Assembly: GCF_001194135.2 (NCBI RefSeq)
Contig: NC_068984.1
Span: forward strand, 43,114,562-43,178,561
Direction of reading: 5' to 3'
Length of the DNA: 64,000 nt
Source of the DNA: Octopus bimaculoides
Taxonomy: Eukaryota
In this document: in pieces, positions 12,515 through 24,740 of the stretch
Layout: each line of letters begins with the position of its first letter
How positions within the stretch are numbered: the stretch's first letter is position 1
Made by a program: the position numbers and the translations under genes
The notes under the pieces: model-generated
Database searches by the model: none
What the model was told of the DNA's origin: nothing
The model's input: the letters and a program-made list of their open reading frames with translations, nothing else

Positions 12515-12626
12515 CTTAAAATGATAGGAAATACATCCTCTTATATACACTCATTACTTGTGGACCTTGAAAAGGAAGTTTAAGCATTTGGCATGATTTT
12601 CATAATGTTAATAGAAAATAGTCCAG

Positions 12627-12762
12627 NNNNNNNNNNNNNNNNNNNNNNNNNNNNNNNNNNNNNNNNNNNNNNNNNNNNNNNNNNNNNNNNNNNNNNNNNN
12701 NNNNNNNNNNNNNNNNNNNNNNNNNNNNNNNNNNNNNNNNNNNNNNNNNNNNNNNNNNNNNN
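12627..12762. other. Assembly gap (others at 25416-25467, 41896-42280, 46515-46544 and 56035-56260)
   Basis: Runs of N. Confidence 0.99.
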
Positions 12763-13501
12763 CTATCTAGTCGACTGGCCCCTTCCCCCAAAGTTTCGGG
12801 CTTTGTGCCTGGAGTAGAAAAGAATATTTCATGTCTAGGTTTTGAGTTCAAATTCTACCAAGGTTGATTTTGCCTTTCAACCTAGTGAGGTGAATGAAAT
12901 AAGTACCAGTTGAACACTCAGGTCAATTTAATCGACTGACCTCCTCCTCAGAAATTGCTAGCCTTGTGCCAAAGTTTGAAATCAATATGAAAGTCCTTAA
13001 AAGAAGAAAAAAATATCTTGAAACAAGTTGTCAAGTAGGGAAGCAGTTTTTTTGAGTATAGAGTTAGTATCTTGTAATAGTTTTTGTTTTACTATAAATG
13101 GTTCTATTTTTTTTAGAGCCAAAAAGATAAGGAACACATTGGTAGTGCAAAGAAATTGAAACGTAATCTCAGCTTAATTAGGAACATTATCATATACAGC
13201 ATTCATTGCATCTTGAAATTAGTAGTATTTGTATTTCTGGCTTATTAAATATGAGCAGATAGTCTTATTGGAGCATACAGTAATGGTTAGAAATATTGAA
13301 TCTAAAAGATACAGAGTAAAAGAATTAAATATAGATATTTCCTTGATAAAGACAGAAAAGTGACAGATCATGAAGGAACAACAAAGTTGGATTAAAGGAT
13401 AAAGAAGACGATCATCGTAGGACCTCATTTAACCAATAAAGGTTTCAGATACTGTTTCAATAAAAACTGTATACAATTAGTTATATTACTGAAACAAAAT
13501 A

Positions 13502-13705
13502 TTAACGTTTTTGTTACCAACCTTGCTGAAACCAGCTCTGGCTCAGAGTACAAATGTTTTGAATTAAAATCTTCCAAACCTTAGCCACAATTTATGTTCC
13601 TAACACTAGCCGAATGATGTTATTTTACTAAATTCTTTGTTATATTTAAAGTAATTGAAAGAAACACAGAGCATCTCAAAATAAATACAGTAATGAAAAG
13701 GTTAA
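13502..13705. mobile_element. TTAA-flanked MITE, second family
   Basis: TTAA|CGTTTTTGTTAC ... GTAATGAAAAGG|TTAA imperfect TIRs. Related partial copies end near 11769 and 22578. Confidence 0.6.
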
Positions 13706-13732
13706 TCTCCATTTCTGATTTCTTTTCTACAG

Positions 13733-13834
13733 TTGAATTATGTTGGGAGAGGAACATTAGCATCTGCAGCTGTTGGAATTGCTACAGAACACCAGAAAGA
13801 AGCCCAGCAGTTAATTGCAGCAACTTTCCAATGA
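13733..13834 (+). CDS. DHTKD1: DHTKD1 terminal coding exon (LNYVGRGTLASAAVGIATEHQKEAQQLIAATFQ*)
   Basis: TTTTCTACAG acceptor; TGA stop at 13832-13834. VGR...AVGI.T.H aligns without gaps to the DHTKD1 C-terminus as I recall it. Confidence 0.9.
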   Translation: MNYVGRGTLASAAVGIATEHQKEAQQLIAATFQ

Positions 13835-14824
13835 ATATTTTCTATCTTCATCACTTCTTGGCAGCTTTAGTAAAGCTTATAAAGCAATATGCTTATAAGC
13901 TTAATTCTTTCATTCAAATGGAAGGAGAATCGTGCTGAAATTATTTTTTAACTAACATAATAGCTATCTGATTGTGAATGAATTATGTATATATTGTAGA
14001 TAATTTGCAACTTATATACAAAAAACAGTTGGTAGATGCAGCCAATTTGGACATATATAAAAGAAATATTTTAAAAGAATCTTGACCAAACGATTTAATA
14101 GTATTACTTTCACTGTGGATTATGATTATATATGTGTGTGAGAGAGATAATGGAAGTTTTCCTATAGACAAATTTATGCTTGAGATTTATTTTCATATTC
14201 TAAATTTACATACCTTTTGTAAGGTTGAAGAATGTCTCTAAGCTGAATAAAGTGAGAAAAAAATACTTGTTGATCCTTGGAGGAAATATTCAGTGTTTTG
14301 ATTCTATAACAATCATCTTAGGGTAGGATGATTTAACTATAGGATTCAGATTATTTTGTTAAATGTGATGCTTATTTATTCACATTGTTCTGAATTTATC
14401 ACACATTATCTTGTAGCTTTTAGATTTCAATTTTGTGATAGTTTATTTTTAGAATGATATTGCAGGGTTGGTGTGAGAAGCTGGATTTGGCCAGTTTGAA
14501 CATAAAATATTTAAGTGGGATTTGGCCGGTTTAAATGCTAGAGCCTAAACTAGCAAATAGTAAACTTAAAACAGCAGTTGACCAAATGGTGTTGTGATAA
14601 ACAAACAGCATCAAATGGTACCTCAAACATACCGTGTTAAACACAGCAGCATGTCTTGTTTTACTAATTAAACTTTAGGTAATTATAGAAACAAACAAAC
14701 AAAAGTAAACTTCTATAAATGTTTTACATCTGTCTATAAACATTTACTGATTCTTGTTACTTGTATATCTATCACTAGCATAAACTATTGACCGTTTTAA
14801 ATTATTTTTTTTTTTTTTTTAACA

Positions 14825-14830
14825 TTTATT
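14825..14830 (-). promoter_or_regulatory. Candidate kindlin polyadenylation signal (AATAAA on the minus strand)
   Basis: About 1.5 kb downstream of the kindlin stop, across a stretch with no recognisable TEs, and followed by a genomic A16 run. Other AATAAA hexamers exist, so this is only one candidate. Confidence 0.3.
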
Positions 14831-16344
14831 GCTGCATTGTTTCCTCTTTAACACCTTTCCAACTGCAGTGCAACTCAGCTCATGTATTTTTTGCCATCAA
14901 CTTTTTGAATCTCGAGTTCATAAGTTTAGAAAGTTAGGTTGTCGACATTTTTCAAAACCAGTAATTTTTTTTTTTTTAATTAAGTGTGTACATGAGACAG
15001 AACATGGAGAAAAGAAACATTCAAATCTTAATAACAAAAGACCAATAAAACAAGCAATAAATTTATTTTACAATTTCATTAGAAAAAAAATTCATAAAAA
15101 TAAACCCCTCCCATATCCCTAACTATTAAAAATAAACCCCTACCAGATTCCCAACCAAATTAGTTAAATTTATTTGTAACTGAGCAGATGAAAAACTACT
15201 CAAGTTCTGTTCTTTTCTCTCTCAAACATGCATGCTAACACACATACACACAAACTCCCAGAATTGAGCGAGTTTAAGCTGATAGTAACTCCTCCAGGAG
15301 CATAAAGTTAATCTTTACATTTTCAATTAAAACAATGTTTTTTTTATAAATTTAATTTAATATTTAAGAAATGATTTAATGGGAGAGTTATTTAAATTTA
15401 ACTGCTGAGGTGAGGGATTAAATTGAATTGACCTAACTAAGGTTTTAATTCATGTCATTGTTCTTATTCCACAAAATTTTGTTTTTAAGACAAACCCTCA
15501 GAAGCAAGAGCAGAAATCTGGGGCAATAAAGGGAGAGATGTGGCAATATCAATGGCTGAAGTGTGATATTGGTAGGTAACACGAACCTCCTTGCAAGCTT
15601 CTTGCCTTATCATTCAGTGAAGAAGCAACAAAACAGTAAAGCTACCAAAGTACCACTGGGCTTTGCATTTATGTTATAAAAACACAGGTTCTAACAGGTA
15701 ATTAAAAATTCAGCCCTAAAATTGATTCACATTTTTTTTTAAAAAATGCAACTGCTTAATAATGTTTGTGTTGATGTGTATGCACACATTCTCTAATCTG
15801 CCAGAGGTTTCCAGAGTAAAACTAGATTACACTCTAAACAGAATCACCTGCATGGCAAGCAAGCAGCTTTATTTATGAAAAAATAAAAAGGCATCTATAC
15901 AAATTTGCCTACAAGGCTAAACAATTTCATGCTGACAACTTATATTTCCCTTTCTTTTCAACTACCTTTTTTTTTTTGTATTTTAATTAAAAGCCTTTTT
16001 TAATGTGTGAATGTGTGTGTGTTAAATATATAATTTGTCATGGAGAAGCATAAAAGTATATTTTAAACCCCCAAGATATTTTCTTAAAACTTAAAGTGTA
16101 CAAAAAAAAATATGGAAGTTTGTAGCTAGTAGAGACAAAATCAAGTTCTGAAGTTTTGCATGCCTTATGTATGGGTTTTAGAAAATAATTGCTTCCTTGA
16201 TAGAATTGTAGGAATACATACAATAGTTTACAGCAAGAATCCATGTTAAGTTTGTTGAACAGAAATGCAACTCATTAATAATGGTAATGGGGTAGGTCAC
16301 ATTTTCAGAAATCAACAAGTCTCTACAGAAGTTAATGGGCAAGA

Positions 16345-16635
16345 TTACAATCTCCCACCAGTTAATTTATGGAAGAGAGCTTCATCTAATGTCTGGTTTT
16401 TGTCAGAAGAACGCATTGAGAGGAAAATGTAACCGCCTATAAACTCATGAACAACTTTGCAGTCTGCTGCTGGACTGTCAAAGATGATATTCTCTTCTTC
16501 AAACTTCAGGATAACTTGCCGGGTTTCCCAGTTTACTGTCCATGTCTGCAGTGTGTTGTAACGCCAGGTTTTAACAGAGTCACCAGACTGAAGATCCATC
16601 CGTATAATTCTGTTGTTTGCCACACCAATTAATTC
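16345..16635 (-). CDS. FERMT2: Kindlin/fermitin (UNC-112-related) terminal exon, F3 PTB-like subdomain ([15 protein letters not shown]...[16 protein letters not shown]...[11 protein letters not shown]...HKLTGGRL*)
   Basis: Minus-strand CTTACAG acceptor; 291 nt, TAA stop at 16347-16345. KTWR, VNWE and [11 protein letters not shown] are kindlin signatures. The symbol marks the family; orthology to a single vertebrate paralog is not implied. Confidence 0.96.
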   Translation of the reverse strand, partial: ELIGVANNRIIRMDLQSGDSVKTWRYNTLQTWTVNWETRQVILKFEEENIIFDSPAADCKVVHEFIGGYIFLSMRSSDKNQTLDEALFHKLTGGRL

Positions 16636-17427
16636 CTGTAAGAAACAAATATTTTGTAAGTCCAGACAGCAGAAATGTACAGCTAAATTTTATTATAGTA
16701 ATTATCGCTAAAATATAACCATATATAGAGTGCCAGCAGATGCTAAAGAACTTAGATAAGTTTTATGATCTTAATAGAATATGTGTCAAAGTGTAATGTG
16801 GTTGAATAACTATAATTACATCAACAATGAAACATTTTATGAAGTATTTTTACGAGAAGGTTTAACTAATGTTTGTTATTTTTGTCCTATAATTAATATT
16901 TTGCACTAGTAGAAAAGGTAGTGACTAAAGAATAGAAAGTAATAAAAATTAAGATAGGATTAATGAATTAACCAGAGAAACAATAAAATTTATTTCAAAC
17001 TTAAGCTCTGCTTTTTAGTACTTCATGCTAATAAGGTTGGGAGAGTTTTCTTGGTGTAAACTGTTTTATACTTTTAATGATGCAATAGCCTTTTAATTGT
17101 TAATTAGTCAACTAAAGAAAGAACCGATTCTGTTAACAGTTGGACAAAGTAAAACATGCAGAGTAATGTTTCACCTGGAAGCATAACAGTCATCAAGTTA
17201 GAACTTATGACCAAACTGACAACTGTACCAACTGCACAGCTATAGTGCTTGACTAAATGAATGGATAAATATGAAATAGCTATTACAATAAAGTTTCTTA
17301 ATGATTTAAATCTGAGCTCATAGAAGAGAAGTTAAGAAACATGGCTAAATATAAAAATGGTAAACAATTTGCTAAGATTTATTAAGGCAAAAAGACAAAC
17401 ATTTGAATTTTAAGTAAATATACAAAC

Positions 17428-17574
17428 CTCTTTTTTCATGTTGTTCATCTTTATTATAAAATAAGTAATGCCATATTCTGGTAGTGCCTGCCATGCTTTG
17501 ATATATGCCATCTTGGATTCTGTCAAACTCATATTTTTCACATTGGAGTGAGCTTCTTTAATACGTTTGAGAAA
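17428..17574 (-). CDS. FERMT2: Kindlin coding exon (FLKRIKEAHSNVKNMSLTESKMAYIKAWQALPEYGITYFIIKMNNMKKE)
   Basis: TTTCAG acceptor, GTTTGT donor; 147 nt, phase 0/0. RIxEAH and AWQxLPExG motifs. Confidence 0.94.
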
Positions 17575-17819
17575 CTGAAATTTAAGTACATAAAATTTTA
17601 TCATTAGAGATAAGATACTATTTTGGTATACAGGAATAACCAAGTTCACAAACATACAAATGTCAACCTAGCAAAATCTACAATATTTTCCCCTACACAA
17701 TATTGCAGTACCATTAAGACTGAATAAATAAAAAGGTAATTCTGTTTAATTGACTTCATAATTACAGTGTATATAAGAAAAGAGTAGTTCAAAAGACTTA
17801 AGATAGTGTTGGAGTTGAA

Positions 17820-18310
17820 CAAGTCTTCTCCAACACAGCACCTGGCAGTTTATTGTAGTCATCTATCACTTTTGGAAGTCCTTCCTTTGTCTTTTATCTT
17901 CAGCTGATTCATTCCACTTAGATCACATATTTCTTTACTGAAATGTCATCCTTCATATGTATTACATGTCCATACCAACAGTCCTTTTTCAGTTTGTGTG
18001 CCCAGGAAGAATAGAGAAATTGGAAACAGAGTTCATACTAGGTACACCACGCATATCAAACATGGTTCCTTCCCAGATGGTAATAGAGTCCTTTCCTGTT
18101 CATTAAAACTGCCTCAGATTCAGATATGAGAACCAGGTCATCAGCTTATGAAAGTTCCATAGACAGTAAATCCTAAATATCACTGTCATTGCCTGGATAA
18201 CTATAAGATGCTGAGAACTAATCCCTGATGGACACCTACCTACAAGGTAAATTCCTTACAGAATCAAGGTGAGAACAGTTGATTTTGCAAGGAATCCTAT
18301 ACCTTACAGT
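17820..18310 (-). mobile_element. Degenerate RTE-type LINE fragment (RT catalytic region plus C-terminal part)
   Basis: Minus-strand translation gives VGVHQGLVLS, then MELS*ADDLVLISESE (YADD mutated to TAA at 18148-18146), then GHVIHMKDDISVKK. Multiple stops. Confidence 0.75.
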
Positions 18311-19249
18311 GCAGAATTGAAATTCTGTCACAAGGATAGAGAAGATAATTGCAAGAAATACCAGTGTATATTGTTTTAAATCACTTTGCTATGTTCAGCT
18401 TAATTCTTTCTTGAAAAAAATTTAACATCCACTTTTCTATGCTTCCGTGGGCCAAACAGAATTCATTGAAACAGATTTTCTACAAGCAGCAACCCAACTT
18501 GTTGCCAACTATCACTTGTTTTGGAGCAAGTTTCTTTATAACCAGACATGCTTTCATAAATTGTTAATGAAAGATGGCACTTGTAGGACAATGACATGCT
18601 ACAACTATCACGTGATATCAAGAGGAGGTGTGCACATACAACAGGCTTTGCTGTTTATCTCAGCCAAATCCATTTATAAGGCATTTATTAATCTGGTGCT
18701 ATATAAGACACTTAACCAAGATACCATGCAGTAAGACTGAACTCAGAACAAAATTTTAGATGCTGAATTTTATAAAGTCTATTTATAAAATCAAATAAAG
18801 TTTAGATTTTCTCAGCAAAATGAGACAAAAAGAGAAATGGTCTGGTTTCTCTTTACAGCCTCAATTTGGTACTTATAATGCCCATCACTTGTCTTGAGTA
18901 TCCAAAAATAGACATTTCAACAGCTGAGTATAGTTAGACTTTTTTTAATGTCAATCATTCTACCACAGAAAAGAAAAGTATTTGTTTTCAATTGATTAGA
19001 CTAAATTTAGCAAAAGAGATTGAAATTAAAGGAAAAAATAGCATACCCTTATAAAGTTGAGAAATATTTTTAAAGATTCAAAATAATTTAGTAAATCTGA
19101 ATTCCATTCACTTCTAGTATATTTTAACCTTTAAGCATTCAAAATGGCAACAGCCATAAACATGTTACTTTCTATATCAAATAACACAAGAGGCAATATT
19201 CCTTCGTCTCGTTATTGTTGTGGGAATATATCAACACTAACATTATCAT

Positions 19250-19455
19250 TAAGGCAGTGGATTGCTGGACAAAATGTTTAGCATCTTTATGTTCTTAGTT
19301 CAAATCCCACCAAGCTCAGCTTTGGTACTTTTTCATCGATCCTGGAAAGATGAAAGGCAGTTAAGCTCTGGGGTCGATGTAATCTAACTCCCTCCTCCAA
19401 ACTTCAAGCCTAGTGCCTATAGTAGAATGGATTATTATTATTATTACTACTACTA
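19250..19455 (+). mobile_element. tRNA-head SINE family C, degenerate
   Basis: Shares head and body motifs with 6232 and 31251; ends in (ATT/ACT)n. Confidence 0.65.
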
Positions 19456-20704
19456 AAGAATTTCAGTAGACACATACAATCAATTACTATAATATTTCGT
19501 AACTTATGATAAACTGTCCAGGAATGCTTCTTCTAGGATACTAAAAGGAAACTGCCCATTTTAAGGGTTCATAAGTTACAATTTATCATTCTATGTAAGT
19601 CTTTTAAGTTAGATTCCAAACAAAATTAAAATGATCTCGATTATTTTCAAAATAAGAGACATGGTCAAAAAAAATTAAAAGTAAGCCAATAATAATGGAT
19701 AAACTTTCTATATAGCAGTCTACCTGTTAGAAATAGCCAAATTATCCTTAAATAACACCAACATTTTAATTAAAGAAACATCCCACACAAAGACGAGATG
19801 GCCATAAGTGGCATAGTTTTCCTTATATGTCTGCTCAAGAACTGACTTGCATTTAAACACGTTTACAGTGAGCAAAAAAGAAAAAAAAAACCTTTACATA
19901 GTTGCTTAATCTGCTAGAAATAGCAGGCAAATTCCATCAAATCACAACTTATAAAAAAAAAAAAAACTGCATCAGGTACTCTTAGATACACTATGCCTGA
20001 AAAAGAAAGATATTAAACAAGGTAACCCAAGACTAAATAATAAGAAATGAAACTGAAAATCTACACTGTCAAGTTAAGAGTATTGGTCAAGAGTAAGATG
20101 CATAACTGGTTTGCTGTGAAGAAGGCCTGAGTCAGCAAATTGAACTATCCAAACTCCTACACTCTAGTCAACTAAATAGCATTCCAGAGTTAATCTTGTA
20201 AATAAACAGTAACAATATCCATTTTACACTCCAACAGCTACATTGTAAGTGACCTAGTGACCTGAATAACTCTGATTTCCCTGGTTTTTCTTGAGCTTGC
20301 AGAGTATTAACATTGAGCCCAAATTAGCTAATTCTATACATGAACACACATGTATTAAATTCTCAAAAGAATTGAAAAATTTAGGTTAATATGATGTTTA
20401 CAAATCTCCCAATATCCAGTTTGTTTTTGAAAGATTATAGGATATAATCCTTTATGTGGATTACACTTGAAATCTCATGACACTATACAAGCTAATGCTA
20501 TGGTTTAACTGTGTATACTATAGTAATATACATGCATGCATGCATGCACACACATGGTTTTGTTTACCTGACATTGATCTGTGTACAGCAAGTGAAGTGC
20601 CAGGAATGATATTGTTCCAATGTGTGTGTTGTTTTGGGCAGGTGTCTCGATACAATTTCAAAGTAAGCAAAGCTTCGAGTGAAATTTGTGGATAGAAACT
20701 GTAC

Positions 20705-21085
20705 TTAACGTTTTAGCATTTAATCTGGCCAAAGTATTCTAGTTTATGTTCAGATTGACTGGATCAGGCCTCTCACACCTACCCTACAATGTCATCCTAG
20801 AACTAAATAATCGCATCATCGAAATCTTGATGTTACGAAATACTGCAAGATTGATTCAAAACAATGTGAACGAATAAGCATTACATTTAATAGGATCATC
20901 ATCATCGTTTAATGTCCACTTTCCATGCTGGCATGGGTTGGTTGGATGGTCTGACAGGAGCTGGCCAGACAGAAAACTGCAGACTTCTGTGTTTGTTTTG
21001 GCACAGTTTTTATGGTTAGATGCCCTTTTTAACACCAACTACCCAACAGGGTGGACATTCAGTAATCTGAATGCTAAAGGGTTAA
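20705..21085. mobile_element. TTAA MITE with a nested family-B SINE (about 20895-21059, minus strand)
   Basis: TTAA|CGTTTTAGCATT ... AATGCTAAAGGG|TTAA. The MITE body is interrupted by (ATC)nGTTTAATGTCCACTTTCCATGC. Confidence 0.78.
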
Positions 21086-21875
21086 CCCCATTGTGTACAT
21101 GAACATTTCCATTCTGCATGTCTTCACAATATTGTTTGAGTAAAACACCAATTTCTTGTTTACATCCCTCATAAATAAAGTGCTTTATCAAAGCTGGGCT
21201 CTTGAGATGACTAGTAAAATAAAAAAAATCCCTTACGTGATAAACAAGAGAGGGTCGGTGATAGTTAGTGACACATGACTATTAAATACAGTCCCAAAGA
21301 AGTTTTTACCTCCACTCCCTACCAACATATATATAAACTTTATTTGGAAATGGGTGAGGATCAGCAACAAGGTCATCTAACCATAGAAAATCCATCCTAA
21401 CAGATTCCATTTGATCCATGCAAATGGATATTGAAAACAATTTGGATATATTTCATTTGTTTGTTAATAACCATTTTTCCAGGTTAGCACAGGTTTGGAT
21501 GCAGGAAGGATTTGAAACAGGTTTTCATGACATGCTCTTCCTGTCACTAAAACTACTTTATTTAAATAAGCGATTTCTCTGTTCCACAAGTCTTTCAAAG
21601 CACAGTGACCGATCATAACATCAACAAGGAATGTTACAGTGTTAGTACCACTTCACTCAAGCAATGACAAGTATGCAATGTACAGTGTAACCCTAGACCG
21701 ACTCAGCACATTGAATAATGCAATCTTTAATAGACTATATCCAAAAACAAAACTAGTTATAATTGGAAGGTCTTCTTTGATCATATATCTGCTCAATTTG
21801 GGCTGCACCGAGTGTACACAACTCACTGTAAAAAAAAGTACAAGAGTCACTGAATCTAATATAAATTTCTCTTAC

Positions 21876-22100
21876 CTGTCCAGCTTTGAGTTTTCTTACA
21901 AATCGAGGTGCAACAAAATCTTCAACATTGATATCTGGAACTGAGCCACTGGATGATACAATTGAGTCATCGGCTGCAGGTTCTTGCATACTCAGGAAGG
22001 TCTTCAGTGTTGTTACCTCACTTTCATATGTACTGTCTGCCATTGTTTTGCCTTTAGAAGCCAATCTACAGGCTGCCATCCAGTCACAGTAAAGTTCTTT
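21876..22100 (-). CDS. FERMT2: Kindlin coding exon (KELYCDWMAACRLASKGKTMADSTYESEV...APRFVRKLKAGQ)
   Basis: TTACAG acceptor, GTAAGA donor; 225 nt, phase 0/0. WMAACRLASKGKTMADS motif. Confidence 0.95.
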
Positions 22101-23803
22101 CTGTAATTTATAACATACATTAGTGTTGAAATTGTTATTGGCAATTAAATTTGGTAGCTGCCTTTTGGCAGGACACAAAAACAAGAAAGGGACCTACACA
22201 TTGAGATCTAGAAAGGGAGGTTGTGGCGAATCAACTTTCTAAAATATAAAGATTTCAGTGTTACCTAACAAGGGCCTCCAATACTCAATTACATTTCTTT
22301 TCTGAACACTCAATAAGTTTTGTATTCTTAAAAACATATCCACTCACGAAATAGTTTGCTATAACTCTTTCACAAGGTACCAGCCTGCTTGAGACAGCCC
22401 CTATGTTACAATCTTCCTGCTTTCAAGTGGTTTAAATTAAAAGCTTCCTTTAAAATATACTAAACTATGTTCCAAGCAGCTTGATAACGACAGTTATTTT
22501 ACTAAATTCTTCATTAATTTCAAAATTAATTGAAACAAAGGCATTCGTTTCAACAGAAATATAGTAACAAAAGGGTTAAGTAGGTAAACTAAATGATACC
22601 CCATTGCTTTTTTTTAAAAAGAAAGCATTTTTTTTTTTTTTTTACAAGTTTTACCCTAAAAATCTTTTTAGAAATGCTATTACTGATGTCCATGCATTTT
22701 CTCAAATCTTTAACAAGGATATGAATTATTAGGACACAAGCTTCAATAATCCTTTATTTTACTACATGGAAACAGTATGTATTTTGTGTCTTATATTTTA
22801 CTGATGTGTGATTAAACTTCCTGTTATGACAGTAAACACAAAAATTCAAAGAAATAACCATTAATCATAAATCCAGGAATATTTTGTTTCAGTTCAAGCC
22901 ATTGGTTTAACACTGCTTTGATGAATAATGACATCTTTAATTATCAGAACAAACACTTGCATTGTGAAACTTGCCTGCTTTATACAGATATTCTCTTTGT
23001 TGCTATGAAATAAATCTCAACTCCTCATTCACTATTGTCCCAGCCACAGCCTATAAAATTTACATAAGAATAATTCTAGTGTCAAACAGCATTTTATCCA
23101 CAACTCCCTTGCAAACCTCTGTCAGTGACACAGTTATGGGTCACAATCAAATAATCACTGTTGCGTAAACATGCCATATACATATTCACACATGCTCAGT
23201 TAATATTCTATTAATATTCTGCTACATCTGATCAAAGGCCATTAATATTATCACTACCACACCAGGTGTTAGTTCAGGATATTCATACTAACACTGCACA
23301 TAAAATAGATGCTATACAATTTCACTTTCAAATGCTAAAACAAAATTATCAATTTATAAAGATGGAAATTAAATTCTATACAATTATCTATTGATATATT
23401 TTTTGCTTTCACCAAGCACATAAATTTCTCTGAAGTGAGTGATGCAGTTCACCCAACTGGTATAACAACAAAGAAATATTTTGATTTCGTTTTGAATTAA
23501 ATAGTTATAAAGAATATTTCATGCAATTTAAAATTGCCACTTAACTTTATTGGAATATGCTTTTTCTATATTAGTATTATATTTGTACTTTTTTTCTATT
23601 ATATAAACAATACAACCTGTATATTTCAATATAAGAACACAAAACTACAGATGCTATGTTGGTCACTGTGGACTCCTTGATATTCAGTAGCAATGAATAT
23701 AAATAACAGTGTTTAGTGTTTACAATATTTACAAAAGCAGTTACTACAGTTGTGTAATAAGAAGCCATATAAACACGAACAGGTAGTGGAAGTTAATACT
23801 AAC

Positions 23804-23910
23804 TGTGTCAAACCGAAGCCAAATTTCTGACATTCCTTCTTTTGTGGGTTCAAATAACTTAATACCAAATTTCTGACTTGAAAGGTTTACATCAGGACTG
23901 GCCTCACAGC
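23804..23910 (-). CDS. FERMT2: Kindlin PH-domain exon ([36 protein letters not shown])
   Basis: TTTTATGCAG acceptor, GTTAGT donor; 107 nt, phase 1/0. GCExxPDVN and EGMxEIWLR motifs. Confidence 0.94.
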
Positions 23911-24529
23911 CTGCATAAAAAGAAGTTAAGAGTTCAAATATTTCACTTTCAAAGTTAAGATAATCATCAATATATTTCCTAATCACAATGAACTGAATGA
24001 ATTCATTACCATCGTATTTTATAAAAATTAACTGAAATTATATTTTGGGATGAATGTAAATGTAGATAATCTGTCCTACATGAGGTCTCTAATTTGTGTA
24101 AAATCAACTAGCAAAAGTTATAGAGTTGAAATACCAAACAGAATTCTAGGAAGATATACTCATATTACAGCAGGAGTAAACTGAACTTCAGAAAGATGTC
24201 CCTTCTGTCTAATAATCATTACAACTATTATTGAACTTTAGTGTAAAACAATGTGAAGACAAAAGTGGATTCAGAACTGAAGCCAGAAGAAATGTTGCTA
24301 AGTATTTTGTCAGGCATACAGACAATTTAGCTAGCTCACAGCCTTGCTAGTGAACAGTAACCAATGACAGCAATTTGCTATTTCAATGAAAATATATACA
24401 AAGTTTCAACAAAGTCGAGTTGAATTATTTGTACACCTTAACACTAGATAATAATTTTGAGCCTCCAATGTTGATAATTACTAATATACAAAGCTACCAG
24501 TGAAAAAAAAAATTAAATAGACAAGGTTA

Positions 24530-24740
24530 GACACCATTTCGAGCGTGGCCGTTTTCATGCGGGTGACACGTAAAAGCACCCACTACACTCTCTGAGTGGT
24601 TGGCGTTAGGAAGGGCATCCAGCTGTAGAAACTCTGCCAAATTAAATTGGAGCCTGGTGTAGCCATCTGGTTGCACCAGTCCTCAGTCAAATCGTCCAAC
24701 CCATGCTAGCATGGAAAGCGGACGTTAAACGATGATGATG
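24530..24740 (+). mobile_element. Family-B SINE, 5'-truncated, with 7-bp TSD AAGGTTA
   Basis: AAGGTTA at 24523-24529 and 24741-24747; 3' end CATGCTAGCATGGAAAGCGGACGTTAAAC(GAT)3G. Confidence 0.88.

Noticed and set aside
134-13834. Alternative identity as OGDH/OGDHL
   Set aside because: [23 protein letters not shown] and the C-terminal AVGI motif fit DHTKD1 rather than the OGDH pattern RRQI..PFRKPLI..TPKSLLRH.
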